Source: a virus
Taxonomy: Duplodnaviria > Caudoviricetes
IMG/VR virus record: IMGVR_UViG_2912649904_000001
Coordinates: 1-64,000 of that record
Strand: one strand, 5' to 3'
DNA length: 64,000 nt
Below the pieces are notes generated by a model. It did not search any database. It was not told where the DNA came from and saw nothing but the letters and a program-made list of their open reading frames with translations. Made by a program: the position numbers and the translations under genes. Below are positions 1 to 9,403 of this stretch, piece by piece (position 1 is the first letter of the stretch; the number at the start of each line of letters is the position of its first letter).

Positions 1-1110
1 TCACGACACACCGACCACGGGCAGCACACGCGACTGCTTCGGCACGACCGGGCACTGCTCGCTGTCGACGGCGCCGATGCGCTGTCCGGCGGCCACGACG
101 GCCGCAGGGCAGCCCTTGCCGCAGCGGTTTGCGAGCGAGCAGCCGCCGCAGGTGTCGTTGCCGCCCAGGTCCCACCGGTCGCTGAAACGGCCGTACCCGT
201 CCAGCCGTTCGGCGATGTCGTCGTGCTGCCACACGTTCCCGACGAGGAAGTCAGTGTCGGGGTGCTGGCTGACCTTCGTGCGGGCGGCGAACGCCAGGTA
301 CGGGCAGACGGCGACCTCGCCCTTCGTGAAGACGTAGATGATCGTGCCCGCCTCGCATCCGGCGAGCGGCTTGTCCTCATTCGGGAACCGGATGTGCACC
401 ATGTCCACGCCGTCGTCGACGAACGGCAATGTCAAGTCGCGGATGTGTCTCATGTGGTCGTCGGGGCGGCGCAGCTTTCTTGAGGAGTTCGCTCCCCGGC
501 CCATCTCGCCGAGCGGGTTCATCAGCACGTACTTCGCGCCCTGGTCGCGCGCGAAGGCGCACAGCTCGGCGTACTCCTCGTCCTGGGCGAGGTTGTTCGG
601 CGTGCACAGCAGCCCTTGGAGGATGCCCGCTTTCGCGAACCGCTTCACCGTCTCCACGGTTTCGTCGAAGCCCTCGGGTCGGCCTCGGAACTTCCCGTGC
701 GAGTCGGCGGAGAACCCGTCGAGGCTGACGTTCATGTGCGTGTCGAGCGCGGCGAGTTCCCGGATCTGATCATCGTTGACCATCGTCGCGTTGGTGCACA
801 CGCCGACGCCCATCCCGGCCGCGCGGAAATCGGCCGTGATCTGGAGCAGGTCAGGATGCATGAACGGTTCCCCGCCGGTCAGCGTCACCCGGTTCACGCG
901 GGCTGCGGCGAGTTGCGGGATCAGCCGATCCCGCACTTGGTCGAGCGGCATGTACTCGCCGCGCTTCGTAGCCGAGACGAAGCAGTGGGCGCACTTCTCG
1001 TTGCACGGCTCGCACACCTGGATCAGCGCTTTACGGTGCGGATGGTCGACGGTCGTGCGGAAGTAACAGGACGCGGCCTGCTCAGAGTTGATGATCGGAC
1101 GTGCAGTCAT
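1..1110 (-). CDS. Radical SAM protein with SPASM domain
   Basis: CNEKCAHC (CxxxCxxC), LTGGEP, C-terminal CxxCxxxxxCxxGC. GGAGG RBS before ATG 1110; stop at 1-3. Confidence 0.9.
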   Translation of the reverse strand: MTARPIINSEQAASCYFRTTVDHPHRKALIQVCEPCNEKCAHCFVSATKRGEYMPLDQVRDRLIPQLAAARVNRVTLTGGEPFMHPDLLQITADFRAAGMGVGVCTNATMVNDDQIRELAALDTHMNVSLDGFSADSHGKFRGRPEGFDETVETVKRFAKAGILQGLLCTPNNLAQDEEYAELCAFARDQGAKYVLMNPLGEMGRGANSSRKLRRPDDHMRHIRDLTLPFVDDGVDMVHIRFPNEDKPLAGCEAGTIIYVFTKGEVAVCPYLAFAARTKVSQHPDTDFLVGNVWQHDDIAERLDGYGRFSDRWDLGGNDTCGGCSLANRCGKGCPAAVVAAGQRIGAVDSEQCPVVPKQSRVLPVVGVS

Positions 1111-1183
1111 GCCAGCCTCCATCATTCTCGGGTGTGCCCGCCCCCGGGCCGTGCGCCATCACACGACACGGCCGGGGACGGAG

Positions 1184-1378
1184 TCAGCGGGCGGGCGCCT
1201 GGTCCTGCGCCTCGCGGTATCGGCGCGCCTTCAAACGCAGCCGGTTCAAACAGTCCTCGCACGCGTAGATCGGAGCGCTCTGCCCGTCTTCTTGGATTGG
1301 GCCGACCCACAGCACCGAAACTCCGGAGCGCTCGCAGTACAACCAGCACTCGCCGGTCGTCCACTCCCGGGTCGCCAT
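1184..1378 (-). CDS. Small Cys-containing hypothetical protein
   Basis: 64 aa, CWLYC and CEDC pairs, GAGGA RBS, co-oriented with neighbours. Confidence 0.65.
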   Translation of the reverse strand: MATREWTTGECWLYCERSGVSVLWVGPIQEDGQSAPIYACEDCLNRLRLKARRYREAQDQAPAR

Positions 1379-1750
1379 GTCGTCCTCTCTGCTGTGCGGG
1401 CGTGGCCCCGGGCCTGCCTCCGACGGGGGGGGCGGTTACAGACCCGGGGCCGTCTCAACCCTCCTCCGGACCCTCCCGGCCCGTCTGAGGGGAGCTTTCA
1501 CGACCTCGCGATGCCGTAGCCGACCGCCGCCATCAAGGCGAACACCACGAGGACGTAGACCACTTGGCCGCGCAGCGGAGTCAAGAGCTGGCCTCCAGCT
1601 CAGACCGCACGCGCTTTCCCCAGCGCAGGACGTCAACGCCCAGTCCTCGGATTTGATGGCGCCGATGGCCAGCCCACGGCCCACCACATCGTCCGGCCCC
1701 GCGTGACAGAGGAGCGGCAGGCCGCCGGACCATTCGGTGACCGCACACGC

Positions 1751-2035
1751 TCACTGCCAGGCCCCCGGCTGGAACCGGTACGGGCGCTGCACGATATGCC
1801 GGTACGTGAAGTGCTCCGGGTTCGACCGCAGATGCCGGACCGCCCACGCCTTCGCCGCCGCCAGGTCCGTCTTCGCGTCACCCTGGTCCTCGCACACCGC
1901 GCATTGCAGCGCATGTGTGACCGGTTCGGCATCCGGGAGGTCATCGGGGATGAGGGTGAACTCACGGAACCGGTACGAGCGTGACTTGCCGCCGGTGCCG
2001 GTCTCCGAGGGGCGTTGAGGCAGGAACGTTTTCAC
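1751..2035 (-). CDS. Small Zn-binding hypothetical protein typical of Streptomyces mobile elements
   Basis: CAVC ... WAVRH ... H motif; start overlaps the upstream stop. Confidence 0.7.
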   Translation of the reverse strand: MKTFLPQRPSETGTGGKSRSYRFREFTLIPDDLPDAEPVTHALQCAVCEDQGDAKTDLAAAKAWAVRHLRSNPEHFTYRHIVQRPYRFQPGAWQ

Positions 2036-2772
2036 GGGCGGGCTCCCTCGGGGACGACGGCAGCGAGTTCGGGTTGTGTACGGGCAAGGTTGGTGACATC
2101 GGCGGTCGTGATCGGCGTCACCCCGTGGAGAGCCACGACGAGGGCACTGGCGAGAGTCCAGTTGAACTCCGGCGCTGAGAACGGCTGAAACGTCGCGGCA
2201 CCGTCATCAAGCGGCTTGAGTGTCTTCGGGTGGATCAGTGCGCCGGAGACTCCCCAAAGCGGGGTCTCGCGGACGAGTGCGGTGACGTGGCGGGACAGCT
2301 TCGGGCAGGCGCCGATCGCCTCCAGAGCGCACTCCGGATGCGTCGGTGGTGACGTCGAGCGCTCTCCGTCCGTGACGGGGGTGTAGCCGCCGACGACGTA
2401 AAGCCGCGCCTCCTCATCGGGGATGAGGGGTACGTAGTTACCGCACACCTGGCAGAGGTCATTGAGAATCGCCTGCCGTTGACGCATGGGGTGCACGCGC
2501 ACGAAGTCGGGGGCACCTCGGCCTCGGCCAATCCTGCTGCGCACCCACAGGGCTCCCTCACGCCGGTCGGCCTGGTGCTCCTGCGCGTACTCGATACGCT
2601 CTCCGGCCGGGCCTAAACGGGCGGTGAGCCGTCCGGAATCGCCCTGCTCGGATGACCATTGGGTGATGTAGGGCACGTGGATGCCGTGCCAATAGAACTG
2701 CTGCCGCATGATGCTCCGTCGGGTGTAAGGGACGCCTTGCAAGCGGGGCTCGGGCTGGTGACCAAAGGTCAT
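2032..2772 (-). CDS. Hypothetical protein (VPYITxWS / LCQVCG family)
   Basis: 246 aa ORF, ATGA-coupled to 2769-3188. Confidence 0.75.
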   Translation of the reverse strand: MTFGHQPEPRLQGVPYTRRSIMRQQFYWHGIHVPYITQWSSEQGDSGRLTARLGPAGERIEYAQEHQADRREGALWVRSRIGRGRGAPDFVRVHPMRQRQAILNDLCQVCGNYVPLIPDEEARLYVVGGYTPVTDGERSTSPPTHPECALEAIGACPKLSRHVTALVRETPLWGVSGALIHPKTLKPLDDGAATFQPFSAPEFNWTLASALVVALHGVTPITTADVTNLARTQPELAAVVPEGARP

Positions 2773-3188
2773 GCGGTTGCCGCGCGGCCGGTGAGCGCGT
2801 CCCGTAGCCGCCCCGGGTCCACCAGTGCTCCGAGTCCGTCCGGGGGGCGCACCCAGTAGGGGCCGGGCGGGTTGGTGCGCTCGGGGGCCGGGATGAGGAG
2901 CCAGCAGGCGGCGGCAAGCAGCTCGGTGCCGGGAACGTCGACCCAGTCGGCGTCAGGCGGCACGAGGAAGTACACGCACTGGCCTCCGGGGTCATGGATG
3001 ACCGGGCCGGGGACGTCATGCACGGCGGAAAGTCCCTGATGCTGCGCGGCTTTCACCGCCGCCCATTTGCTACCGAGGGGCAAGAGCACGAGCTGAGTGC
3101 CCTGTAGCCAGCGCCGAGCGTGGGCCGGGTCCGGGTCAGCTTCCGCGAGCCATGCCGCAGCGCGGCGGGCGGGGTGGGCGGGCAGCAT
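2769..3188 (-). CDS. Hypothetical protein, degenerate prim-pol-like
   Basis: GPVIHDP..YFLVPP and YWVRPP motifs. Confidence 0.7.
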   Translation of the reverse strand: MLPAHPARRAAAWLAEADPDPAHARRWLQGTQLVLLPLGSKWAAVKAAQHQGLSAVHDVPGPVIHDPGGQCVYFLVPPDADWVDVPGTELLAAACWLLIPAPERTNPPGPYWVRPPDGLGALVDPGRLRDALTGRAATA

Positions 3189-3194
3189 ATGAGA

Positions 3195-3229
3195 GATCCC
3201 CTCACGCGTCTGTTTTGCGTGAGGGGATC
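3195..3229. terminator. Perfect 13-bp inverted repeat (hairpin)
   Basis: GATCCCCTCACGC-N9-GCGTGAGGGGATC between the XRE gene and the next gene. Confidence 0.5.
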
Positions 3230-3301
3230 GTCTCTCTACGTGCTGTGCGGTTTGCTCACAAACTGTGCGGAGTCAATATGGCAGAACCGCTTGACAGGTA
3301 G

Positions 3302-4531
3302 TCAGGCTCCGGTCCATCGGGCGAAGGCGGCCAGTGCCTCATCCTGCGTCCGGTCCAACCGGACTAGCGCGCCGGTGACGTGACGGGTCGTCGGATGGAA
3401 GCGCGTATGCACGGGGCTGATCCCCCGGGCCGTCGCGAGGTCCGCGAAGGCACCGCGGCGGTCGCCTTCGGTGAGCCGGGCCGCCGCGACGTCAATGTGG
3501 TGGTGCGATGCCCGCTCGCGGGCGATGCCGGACGGCAGCTCCCACTCCGTACGGTCCTGCTCAGCACCCCACTCCCGGAGCCGAGCCAGGGCCTGCTCCG
3601 TGTCCCCGGAGTCAATCAACGTCGCAACCTCATGGATGCGCACGTTCGTCGGGCCGAACGACATCTCGTAGTGCATCGAGTCATCGCGGAGCAGTGCGGC
3701 CGTCTCCCGTGCCTCGGCAAGCCGCTCCCACGCCCGTTCCGGATGCCCGTCCCGCACCTCGACCATCGCGAGCTTGAGGAGGAGAGCACCGCTCACGGCC
3801 AGCGCCTGGTCCGTGTACGAGTTCTCTGGCTGAATCCGATCTACCTCGACCATGAGCCCTTCGAGGAGCCGCCTGGCCGAGGAGAAGGACCCCATCCGGA
3901 CCATGGCGCCCGCCTTGAGGTAGGCGGCCGTGACCTGCATCAGCGAATCGCCGGACCGATCGGCGGCCCAGTGCACTCGCTCTACCGCCGTGAGGGAGAG
4001 GTCGTGGTACCCGAGCTTGTGAGCGAGGGAGTTCGTCGCCCGGTAGCCGCGGGCGAGCCACCAGTACGCTTCCCGACGCTCCCGATCATCCCGGGCCGTG
4101 AGCGCGGCATGCGTCAGCTCTGTGAGCACACCGGGGAGTAGCGGGCCCATCGGTACGTACTGGCCGTTCTGCCGCATCTCCGAGATGAGGTCCATCTCCG
4201 CCGCGAGGACCGGTAGAGGGCGGGCCGCCGCCTGAAGGTCATCGGGGTTGTCATAGGTCAGCAGGACACGGCGCAACTCCGGGATCACCGCCTGCACTTG
4301 GTCCTCGGATTCGGCACCGTTCATGTAGGGCTGACCGGTGAGGCGGTCCGGGCCGACGCCGAGAGCCCGTGCAAGGTTGGCGAGGAGGCCAGCGGTCGGC
4401 GTGCGCGACCCGGCCTCGAACTTCTCAAGGAGGCTGACAGAGATCGATACGCGGTCAGCGAGCCCGCGCACCGTGAGCTGTCGGACCTTCCGCAGCTCTC
4501 GGATCTGCTGGCCTACGTGCGGCATGCCCAT
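3302..4531 (-). CDS. XRE-family HTH regulator with long helical C-terminal domain
   Basis: VGQQIRELRKVRQLTVRGLADRVSISVSLLEKFEAG HTH. Confidence 0.9.
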   Translation of the reverse strand: MGMPHVGQQIRELRKVRQLTVRGLADRVSISVSLLEKFEAGSRTPTAGLLANLARALGVGPDRLTGQPYMNGAESEDQVQAVIPELRRVLLTYDNPDDLQAAARPLPVLAAEMDLISEMRQNGQYVPMGPLLPGVLTELTHAALTARDDRERREAYWWLARGYRATNSLAHKLGYHDLSLTAVERVHWAADRSGDSLMQVTAAYLKAGAMVRMGSFSSARRLLEGLMVEVDRIQPENSYTDQALAVSGALLLKLAMVEVRDGHPERAWERLAEARETAALLRDDSMHYEMSFGPTNVRIHEVATLIDSGDTEQALARLREWGAEQDRTEWELPSGIARERASHHHIDVAAARLTEGDRRGAFADLATARGISPVHTRFHPTTRHVTGALVRLDRTQDEALAAFARWTGA

Positions 4532-4756
4532 GCTGGCCCCCTCACTATGTGGTGCGGCCAGCGTACGGGCGCTAGGCCCGTATCTACGCGCCGAGTTCGT
4601 AAACTCCCGGTGTCGCCCGCCCCTCGGGTGTGAACCTTGGATCGCTGCGCGCGCAGGGTGTATCCTCCCGCGCGCTCCGGCTTGGACGAACTTCGCGATC
4701 ACGCAGTGGAGTTCGCCCACTGCTGATTGTCAGGGGTGGCGCTTAGCCTCACCGTC

Positions 4757-5188
4757 ATGGATTTCCCGGCCACGGCGCCCGCCCCTGCGGCATGCCGAGA
4801 CACCCTCAACGACCGCATCCGGGCGTTGATGTCGACGCCCAGCCCTCACGGGCACGCCGCCGAGTACGCCCGGCTCCTTGTCGAGTGGACGGCTGCCGAC
4901 CGTGCGCAAAGACCGAAGGCGCCCCGACCGGATTCCGACGGTGAGACGCCCTCGCGCAGCAAGCCAACAGCAATCTGCGTGGACTTCAAGCAGGATACGG
5001 GCGCAGCGGACAGAACTCGTGTTAGGAAGACGCGGAGCCCGACCGCACGGGATGTGGGACGTACGGCCGGGCTCTCGCACCGCAGGGGTAGTGCGGCGTC
5101 GCCGATCTCGGGGGGCGTCGATCAGCGCTACTCCCAGTCTCCCGCACCAACCAGCACGCGTGCATGCACATCGCTGAAGTCGCCCTGA
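4757..5188 (+). CDS. Hypothetical protein divergent from XRE (probably leaderless)
   Basis: TAGCCT -10-like hexamer 7 nt before ATG; NDRIRALM..EYARLLVEW segment. Confidence 0.5.
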   Translation: MDFPATAPAPAACRDTLNDRIRALMSTPSPHGHAAEYARLLVEWTAADRAQRPKAPRPDSDGETPSRSKPTAICVDFKQDTGAADRTRVRKTRSPTARDVGRTAGLSHRRGSAASPISGGVDQRYSQSPAPTSTRACTSLKSP

Positions 5189-5228
5189 AGGGTGGCCGCT
5201 TCATGACCCGTGGAGCGGGCCACTCGTC

Positions 5229-5585
5229 TCATTCCCCGCTACTGAGCGGCCCCTCAGGGCAGAGCCGTGCGAGCTGCCGGTTCGCGTGGTCGACCGCGTC
5301 TCGCAGGCTGTCGCCCGAGTTCGGGTACAGCTCGTGCTCGACACGGCTCAGCCGCTCCTCGATGAGCGCGACCCGCTCCAGGAGACCCGGCCTGGCAGGA
5401 ACTCCCGGCCGCTCCAGCTCGCCCTGCCAGTCGTCCATGAACTCGTCTACGCGCCGCCAGGTGCGGCCGGCCGCGCGCAGCCCGCCCCACCCCATCGCCG
5501 CCACCCCACCGAGGAGCGTAACTGCCCCGGCCCACACCAACGCGACGTCGAGCCACGTCACTCCGGTTGCCTCCACGCCAGGCAT
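5229..5585 (-). CDS. Membrane protein, holin-like lysis accessory
   Basis: N-terminal TM helix plus coiled coil, directly downstream of the endolysin. Confidence 0.7.
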   Translation of the reverse strand: MPGVEATGVTWLDVALVWAGAVTLLGGVAAMGWGGLRAAGRTWRRVDEFMDDWQGELERPGVPARPGLLERVALIEERLSRVEHELYPNSGDSLRDAVDHANRQLARLCPEGPLSSGE

Positions 5586-5592
5586 CTGCCCC

Positions 5593-6531
5593 TCACCCGG
5601 GCAGGGTGTGCGCCAGCTCCCACGTCACCGGCCCCGGATACCCGTCGGGGTCACCGGACAGCTCGGGCCGCGAGCGCTGGAGGTCGGCGACGTTCCGCCG
5701 CGTGTATTCGGTGAACAGCGACCCCGGGGTGTACCCGTCGCCGTCGTGGTGCCGGTCGAAGCCCAAGCGCACCAGTTGCTTGTCGAGCCACGTCACCGCC
5801 GGGTGCCGCTTTCCGAGCCGAAATGCCTCCCTGCCGGGATAGGGCGGCACCTCCTGCCCAACGGCCTTGTTCGGCACGTGGAGTTCCTGCCCGACGTACA
5901 CGGAGTACGGCGGTCTGAGCCCGTTCACCTTCGCCAGCTCTCGCCAGTCGACATCGAGGCGCCGCGCGATGGCCAGCAGCGTGTCCCCGGGCCGCACCGT
6001 GTAGTTGCCGTCACCGCCGTCCTGGCCGCCGCCGGGCCGCAGAGCGCCGCGCTGCACCCACGCGTACAGACGGGCGCCGGGGCACTCAGTCGGATGGCCG
6101 TCGCGGTGCCCGCCGACCCAGTCCCCGGCGTCCCCGTACTTCCGCAGCCACTCGATCGCGTCCCGCAGCCCATGCAGCATCGCGTCCGACGGCTTCGTGA
6201 GCCCACTGGACCCCAGCAGGGCACACACCGCGTAGTCCTTGCGGTTCAGATTTTGATCTCCGTTCGCGCCAGTCCGCTTGTGCAGGCCACGCCCTTCGTA
6301 CACGTACCCGTGCTCGCACACGAGGGCGTTGTACGCAATGTCGACATAGCCCTCGGCCTCGTTCGCCAGGTGCTCGGCGCGAATCCGGCGTACCTGGTCG
6401 TCGCACAGCGAGTGCACCCGGGACTCGTACGCCATCCCGAGGTAGTGGATTTTCACCCCGCGGGTCGAGGACTGGTGCGCGGCAGGGGAGCCCGCGGGAG
6501 CTCCCCACGCTTCGCGCTGAACGAGCCTCAC
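5593..6531 (-). CDS. Endolysin: amidase_2 + LysM + peptidoglycan-binding domain
   Basis: IHY, DIAYN..YEGRG, GHRD..TECPG; YTVRPGDTL LysM; DGYPGPVTW. Confidence 0.92.
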   Translation of the reverse strand: MRLVQREAWGAPAGSPAAHQSSTRGVKIHYLGMAYESRVHSLCDDQVRRIRAEHLANEAEGYVDIAYNALVCEHGYVYEGRGLHKRTGANGDQNLNRKDYAVCALLGSSGLTKPSDAMLHGLRDAIEWLRKYGDAGDWVGGHRDGHPTECPGARLYAWVQRGALRPGGGQDGGDGNYTVRPGDTLLAIARRLDVDWRELAKVNGLRPPYSVYVGQELHVPNKAVGQEVPPYPGREAFRLGKRHPAVTWLDKQLVRLGFDRHHDGDGYTPGSLFTEYTRRNVADLQRSRPELSGDPDGYPGPVTWELAHTLPG

Positions 6532-6614
6532 GACGCAGGGATTTGCGCAGCAGGGGTGGTCATGAGTGGTCGCCTCCTAGGCGTCATAGATGACGAGTTT
6601 GGCCTCGGCGAGCG

Positions 6615-6941
6615 TCATGACTGGGCCCGTCGAAGTTCTGGGCCGACCGCACGGCGGGCGGCTTCTGTTTCCTCTGCGGTGAGGCCGAGAAGCCGTTCGG
6701 CAGTGGCGAGCGGGATACCGGCGGCGGCCAGCGCGGCGACGTCTTCGGCCTTCGAAGTGCGGACCGCCTCGTGCATTTGCTCAATGTGCGTTTCGTGGGC
6801 GGTAGTCCAGGCGGCGACGAGTGCCTGGTAGGCGATCTCTGTGATCACCGTTGCGCCCACGGGGAGCGTCGGCGGCTCCTCGCCGTCGTAACTCACCGCG
6901 CCGAAGGACTCGTCCGCGTACTGCACGTGCAGCGTGTTCAT
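6615..6941 (-). CDS. Hypothetical tail-associated protein
   Basis: 108 aa ORF between tail fibre and lysin. Confidence 0.7.
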   Translation of the reverse strand: MNTLHVQYADESFGAVSYDGEEPPTLPVGATVITEIAYQALVAAWTTAHETHIEQMHEAVRTSKAEDVAALAAAGIPLATAERLLGLTAEETEAARRAVGPELRRAQS

Positions 6942-6953
6942 CGGGTGCCTGCC

Positions 6954-7952
6954 TTAGAGGGAGATGAGGAGGGCGCGGATGATGATTTGGATCAGCGAGT
7001 ACGTTGCGCCGCCGGAGCCGCGCCCGACCATGACGTCGAACCCGACGGTGACCGTGCCGCCGGGGTCGACCATGCTCGGGGCGTTCGGGAGGGTCTTCGC
7101 GGGCTGGATGTGCACGCCCGTGTTCGCAGAGCTGCCAGAGTTCCGCTGGTACCACATCTCGTCACCGGAGTAGCCCATCGCGGCACTCGACCCGGGCGGC
7201 ATGTCGAACCACACGTCTGCTTCGCGGAACGCGACGACAAATGCGGGTCGACACGGGTCCGGGTTGGTGAACTTGGTCTCGAAGTGGGCGGCTACCTGCT
7301 GAGCCGCCGTTGGTACGGCGACATCAGCGAACCGGCGCTCGTCGAAGAACGACTGCATCCCGACCTGGCCGCGCGGTTCGGAGCGGAGCACGCCGTCTTC
7401 ATCACAGACGACGACGCCGCCACGCGTCGCGACGTCACACGGGTAGGGCCACGTGCCGGTAGAGACGATGAGGGGTGTCGCTGCGGCCCCGTCGCCGGTG
7501 AGCCCACATCCAGTCGTCACGGTGGCAGCACCGGTAGGGACGAAGAGGCCGCCGTCCGTGCCGGTCGTGATGTTGTTCCCGGCGTCGTCGGAGATGTTCG
7601 GGGTGAACACTCCGGTCGCTTGGTCGTAGGCCAGGCCGTCCCCGGCGGAGACGCACGGCCGGACCTGAGCGCAGGTGACCTCGGGGGGTGTCGGCACGAG
7701 GAGACCACCGTCCGCGCCGAACGCGACAGTGTTCCCGGCATCGCTTGACGGGCGGGCGGTGATGACGCCGGTCGTCGGGTTGTACGTGATGCCGTCCCCG
7801 GCGGACAGGCACGACCGTACGGCGGTGCAATTCACCGCCTCGGCGCTGATGACATACGGGTTCGCGGTGCTTCCCGTGCCCGCGACGTCGATACCGTTCC
7901 CGGCGATCATGGAGCAGTTGCACTGACCGCCACCACACCCACACCGAGCCAA
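6954..7952 (-). CDS. Minor tail / fibre protein with tandem ~52-aa repeat
   Basis: TTG start after GAAGGGG; two copies of CxxVRxCxSAGDG..DAGN..GxDGGLxVPT. Confidence 0.75.
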   Translation of the reverse strand: MARCGCGGGQCNCSMIAGNGIDVAGTGSTANPYVISAEAVNCTAVRSCLSAGDGITYNPTTGVITARPSSDAGNTVAFGADGGLLVPTPPEVTCAQVRPCVSAGDGLAYDQATGVFTPNISDDAGNNITTGTDGGLFVPTGAATVTTGCGLTGDGAAATPLIVSTGTWPYPCDVATRGGVVVCDEDGVLRSEPRGQVGMQSFFDERRFADVAVPTAAQQVAAHFETKFTNPDPCRPAFVVAFREADVWFDMPPGSSAAMGYSGDEMWYQRNSGSSANTGVHIQPAKTLPNAPSMVDPGGTVTVGFDVMVGRGSGGATYSLIQIIIRALLISL

Positions 7953-7981
7953 GATGATCAGCCCCTTCGGGGGAAGTCTTG

Positions 7982-8016
7982 GCCCGGCCCACAACCAGCA
8001 GCGGCCACCCAGTCTA
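7982..8016 (-). promoter_or_regulatory. Late-gene leader motif with TAGACT -10
   Basis: GCCCGGCCCACAACCAGC at 7982-7999 (+ strand), agtcta at 8011-8016. Confidence 0.7.
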
Positions 8017-8052
8017 CGGCTGGCCCGCCGCCACCCGGCCGGTGTCCCACAA

Positions 8053-8150
8053 CTGTCCGGGACGGTGTCCGGACACCTCCCGCCGGGCAGTCCGAGGCAG
8101 CGCCCTGACCTGCCCGGACAGCGTCCGGACACCGCTACTGGCAGTGTCCG
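8053..8150. repeat. Cluster of TGTCCGG / CCGGACA repeats
   Basis: Several gtccgg and ccggac units in both orientations in an intergenic gap. Confidence 0.65.
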
Positions 8151-8151
8151 G

Positions 8152-8874
8152 TCAGCCGTAGAGTTCGACGATCACGATGCCGTCCGCTCCGGATGTCCCA
8201 GGGGACGTCTCGCCATCTCGCGCGAACGCTCCTGCCGCGCCGCCGCCGTAGCCGCGCGGGGCGCCGCCGCCGCCGTCCGAGGAGCGCGGAAAACCACCGT
8301 GGCCGAGGTGTGATTCGCCACCGTTGCCGGACTGGCCCTGGAACCCGGTGAGGCGGATAGCGCCGCCGGAGCCGCCTCCGCCGGTAGCCCAGTCCCCTGT
8401 GCCGGCCAGTGGCCCGGCGATACCCGAGAAGCACGCCGAGCCCGTACCGGACGCCATGCCCGTCGTGCCACCGCCGCCACCGTTCGAGGTGACGGTGCCA
8501 CCGAAGGCGCTGTTGCCGCCCGCTCCACCATCACTGTCCGTTCCGCCCGCGTTTCCACCCGCTCCGACGAGGACGGTCTCGATCGCGCCGAGCGCGGACA
8601 CGTCGATCAGAGCCTCCGCGTATCCGCCGCCTGCACCGCCGTTGCGCACCACGAGTTCGCCCTGAGCCGCCCGAGCCCCGGCAGAACCACCGCCAGCCGC
8701 TTGCACGCGCACACGGATCCGAGCCAGCCAGGGGTAGTCAGCAGCCTGGAACTGGAAGGTCCCGGGCTCCTTGAAGTACAGGACTTGCCGCAGACCCATC
8801 GTGCCCGGGTTGAGGCACAGTTCGCCCTCATCGTTGACGTTGAAGTACGTGCTGCACACACAAACACTGGCCAT
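8152..8874 (-). CDS. Glycine-rich minor tail protein
   Basis: GGGGS / GGAGGGY repeats, GADGIVIVE terminus. Confidence 0.85.
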   Translation of the reverse strand: MASVCVCSTYFNVNDEGELCLNPGTMGLRQVLYFKEPGTFQFQAADYPWLARIRVRVQAAGGGSAGARAAQGELVVRNGGAGGGYAEALIDVSALGAIETVLVGAGGNAGGTDSDGGAGGNSAFGGTVTSNGGGGGTTGMASGTGSACFSGIAGPLAGTGDWATGGGGSGGAIRLTGFQGQSGNGGESHLGHGGFPRSSDGGGGAPRGYGGGAAGAFARDGETSPGTSGADGIVIVELYG

Positions 8875-8903
8875 CGGGACTCACCTCGTATGACGGAAGG
8901 TGA

Positions 8904-8940
8904 GCCCGGCCCACAACCAGCGGCTACGGCGCCCAGGGTA
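8904..8940 (-). promoter_or_regulatory. Late-gene leader motif with TACCCT -10
   Basis: Motif 8904-8924, agggta 8935-8940. Confidence 0.7.
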
Positions 8941-8944
8941 GTCG

Positions 8945-9397
8945 TTAGCCGCGGCGGGGCGTCGCAGTCATGTGCACTGCTACGCCCGGCCCGGCCGCGG
9001 TGAGCCCTCCGCCGTCGACGAAGACCAGGACGCGGATGACGGCCCGTGTAGCGCTCGCCTCCTCAACGTGCACGAGATACCCCGACACGACGCCTCCCGG
9101 GGCATCTGGGGGAAGGGTGGGGACCGCGCTGAGGACCGGGACGGCGCCGAGGCCAGCAGCCGGGTAGTCCCACACCGCGCGGCCGTCGTCCCCTGTCTCG
9201 ACGACCGTCGCCAACGGTCCCGGTACGCGCAGTGGAGCCGCGTCCCGCGCTGGCAGCTCCTCCCCCGCCTGCTCCTGGACGCTCCGTGGCGGCCTGCTGC
9301 GCCTGGTCGTGGTCCTCGTCCGCCGGTCCACGTCCCGCAGAAGACTCCCCATGGGGTTGCCGACGAGTTGCCGTGCCGCTCCGCCTCGCAGCGCCAC
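8945..9397 (-). CDS. Hypothetical tail-region protein
   Basis: Co-oriented ORF in the tail operon. Confidence 0.6.
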   Translation of the reverse strand: MALRGGAARQLVGNPMGSLLRDVDRRTRTTTRRSRPPRSVQEQAGEELPARDAAPLRVPGPLATVVETGDDGRAVWDYPAAGLGAVPVLSAVPTLPPDAPGGVVSGYLVHVEEASATRAVIRVLVFVDGGGLTAAGPGVAVHMTATPRRG

Positions 9398-9403
9398 CGT
9401 GCC

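Noticed and set aside
1184-1378. RiPP precursor for the radical SAM enzyme
   Set aside because: The Cys pattern looks like a Zn-binding fold rather than a leader/core peptide; not fully excluded.
6954-8874. Diversity-generating retroelement acting on tail fibres
   Set aside because: No reverse transcriptase or TR/VR pair seen; the fibre repeat is an ordinary diverged protein repeat.
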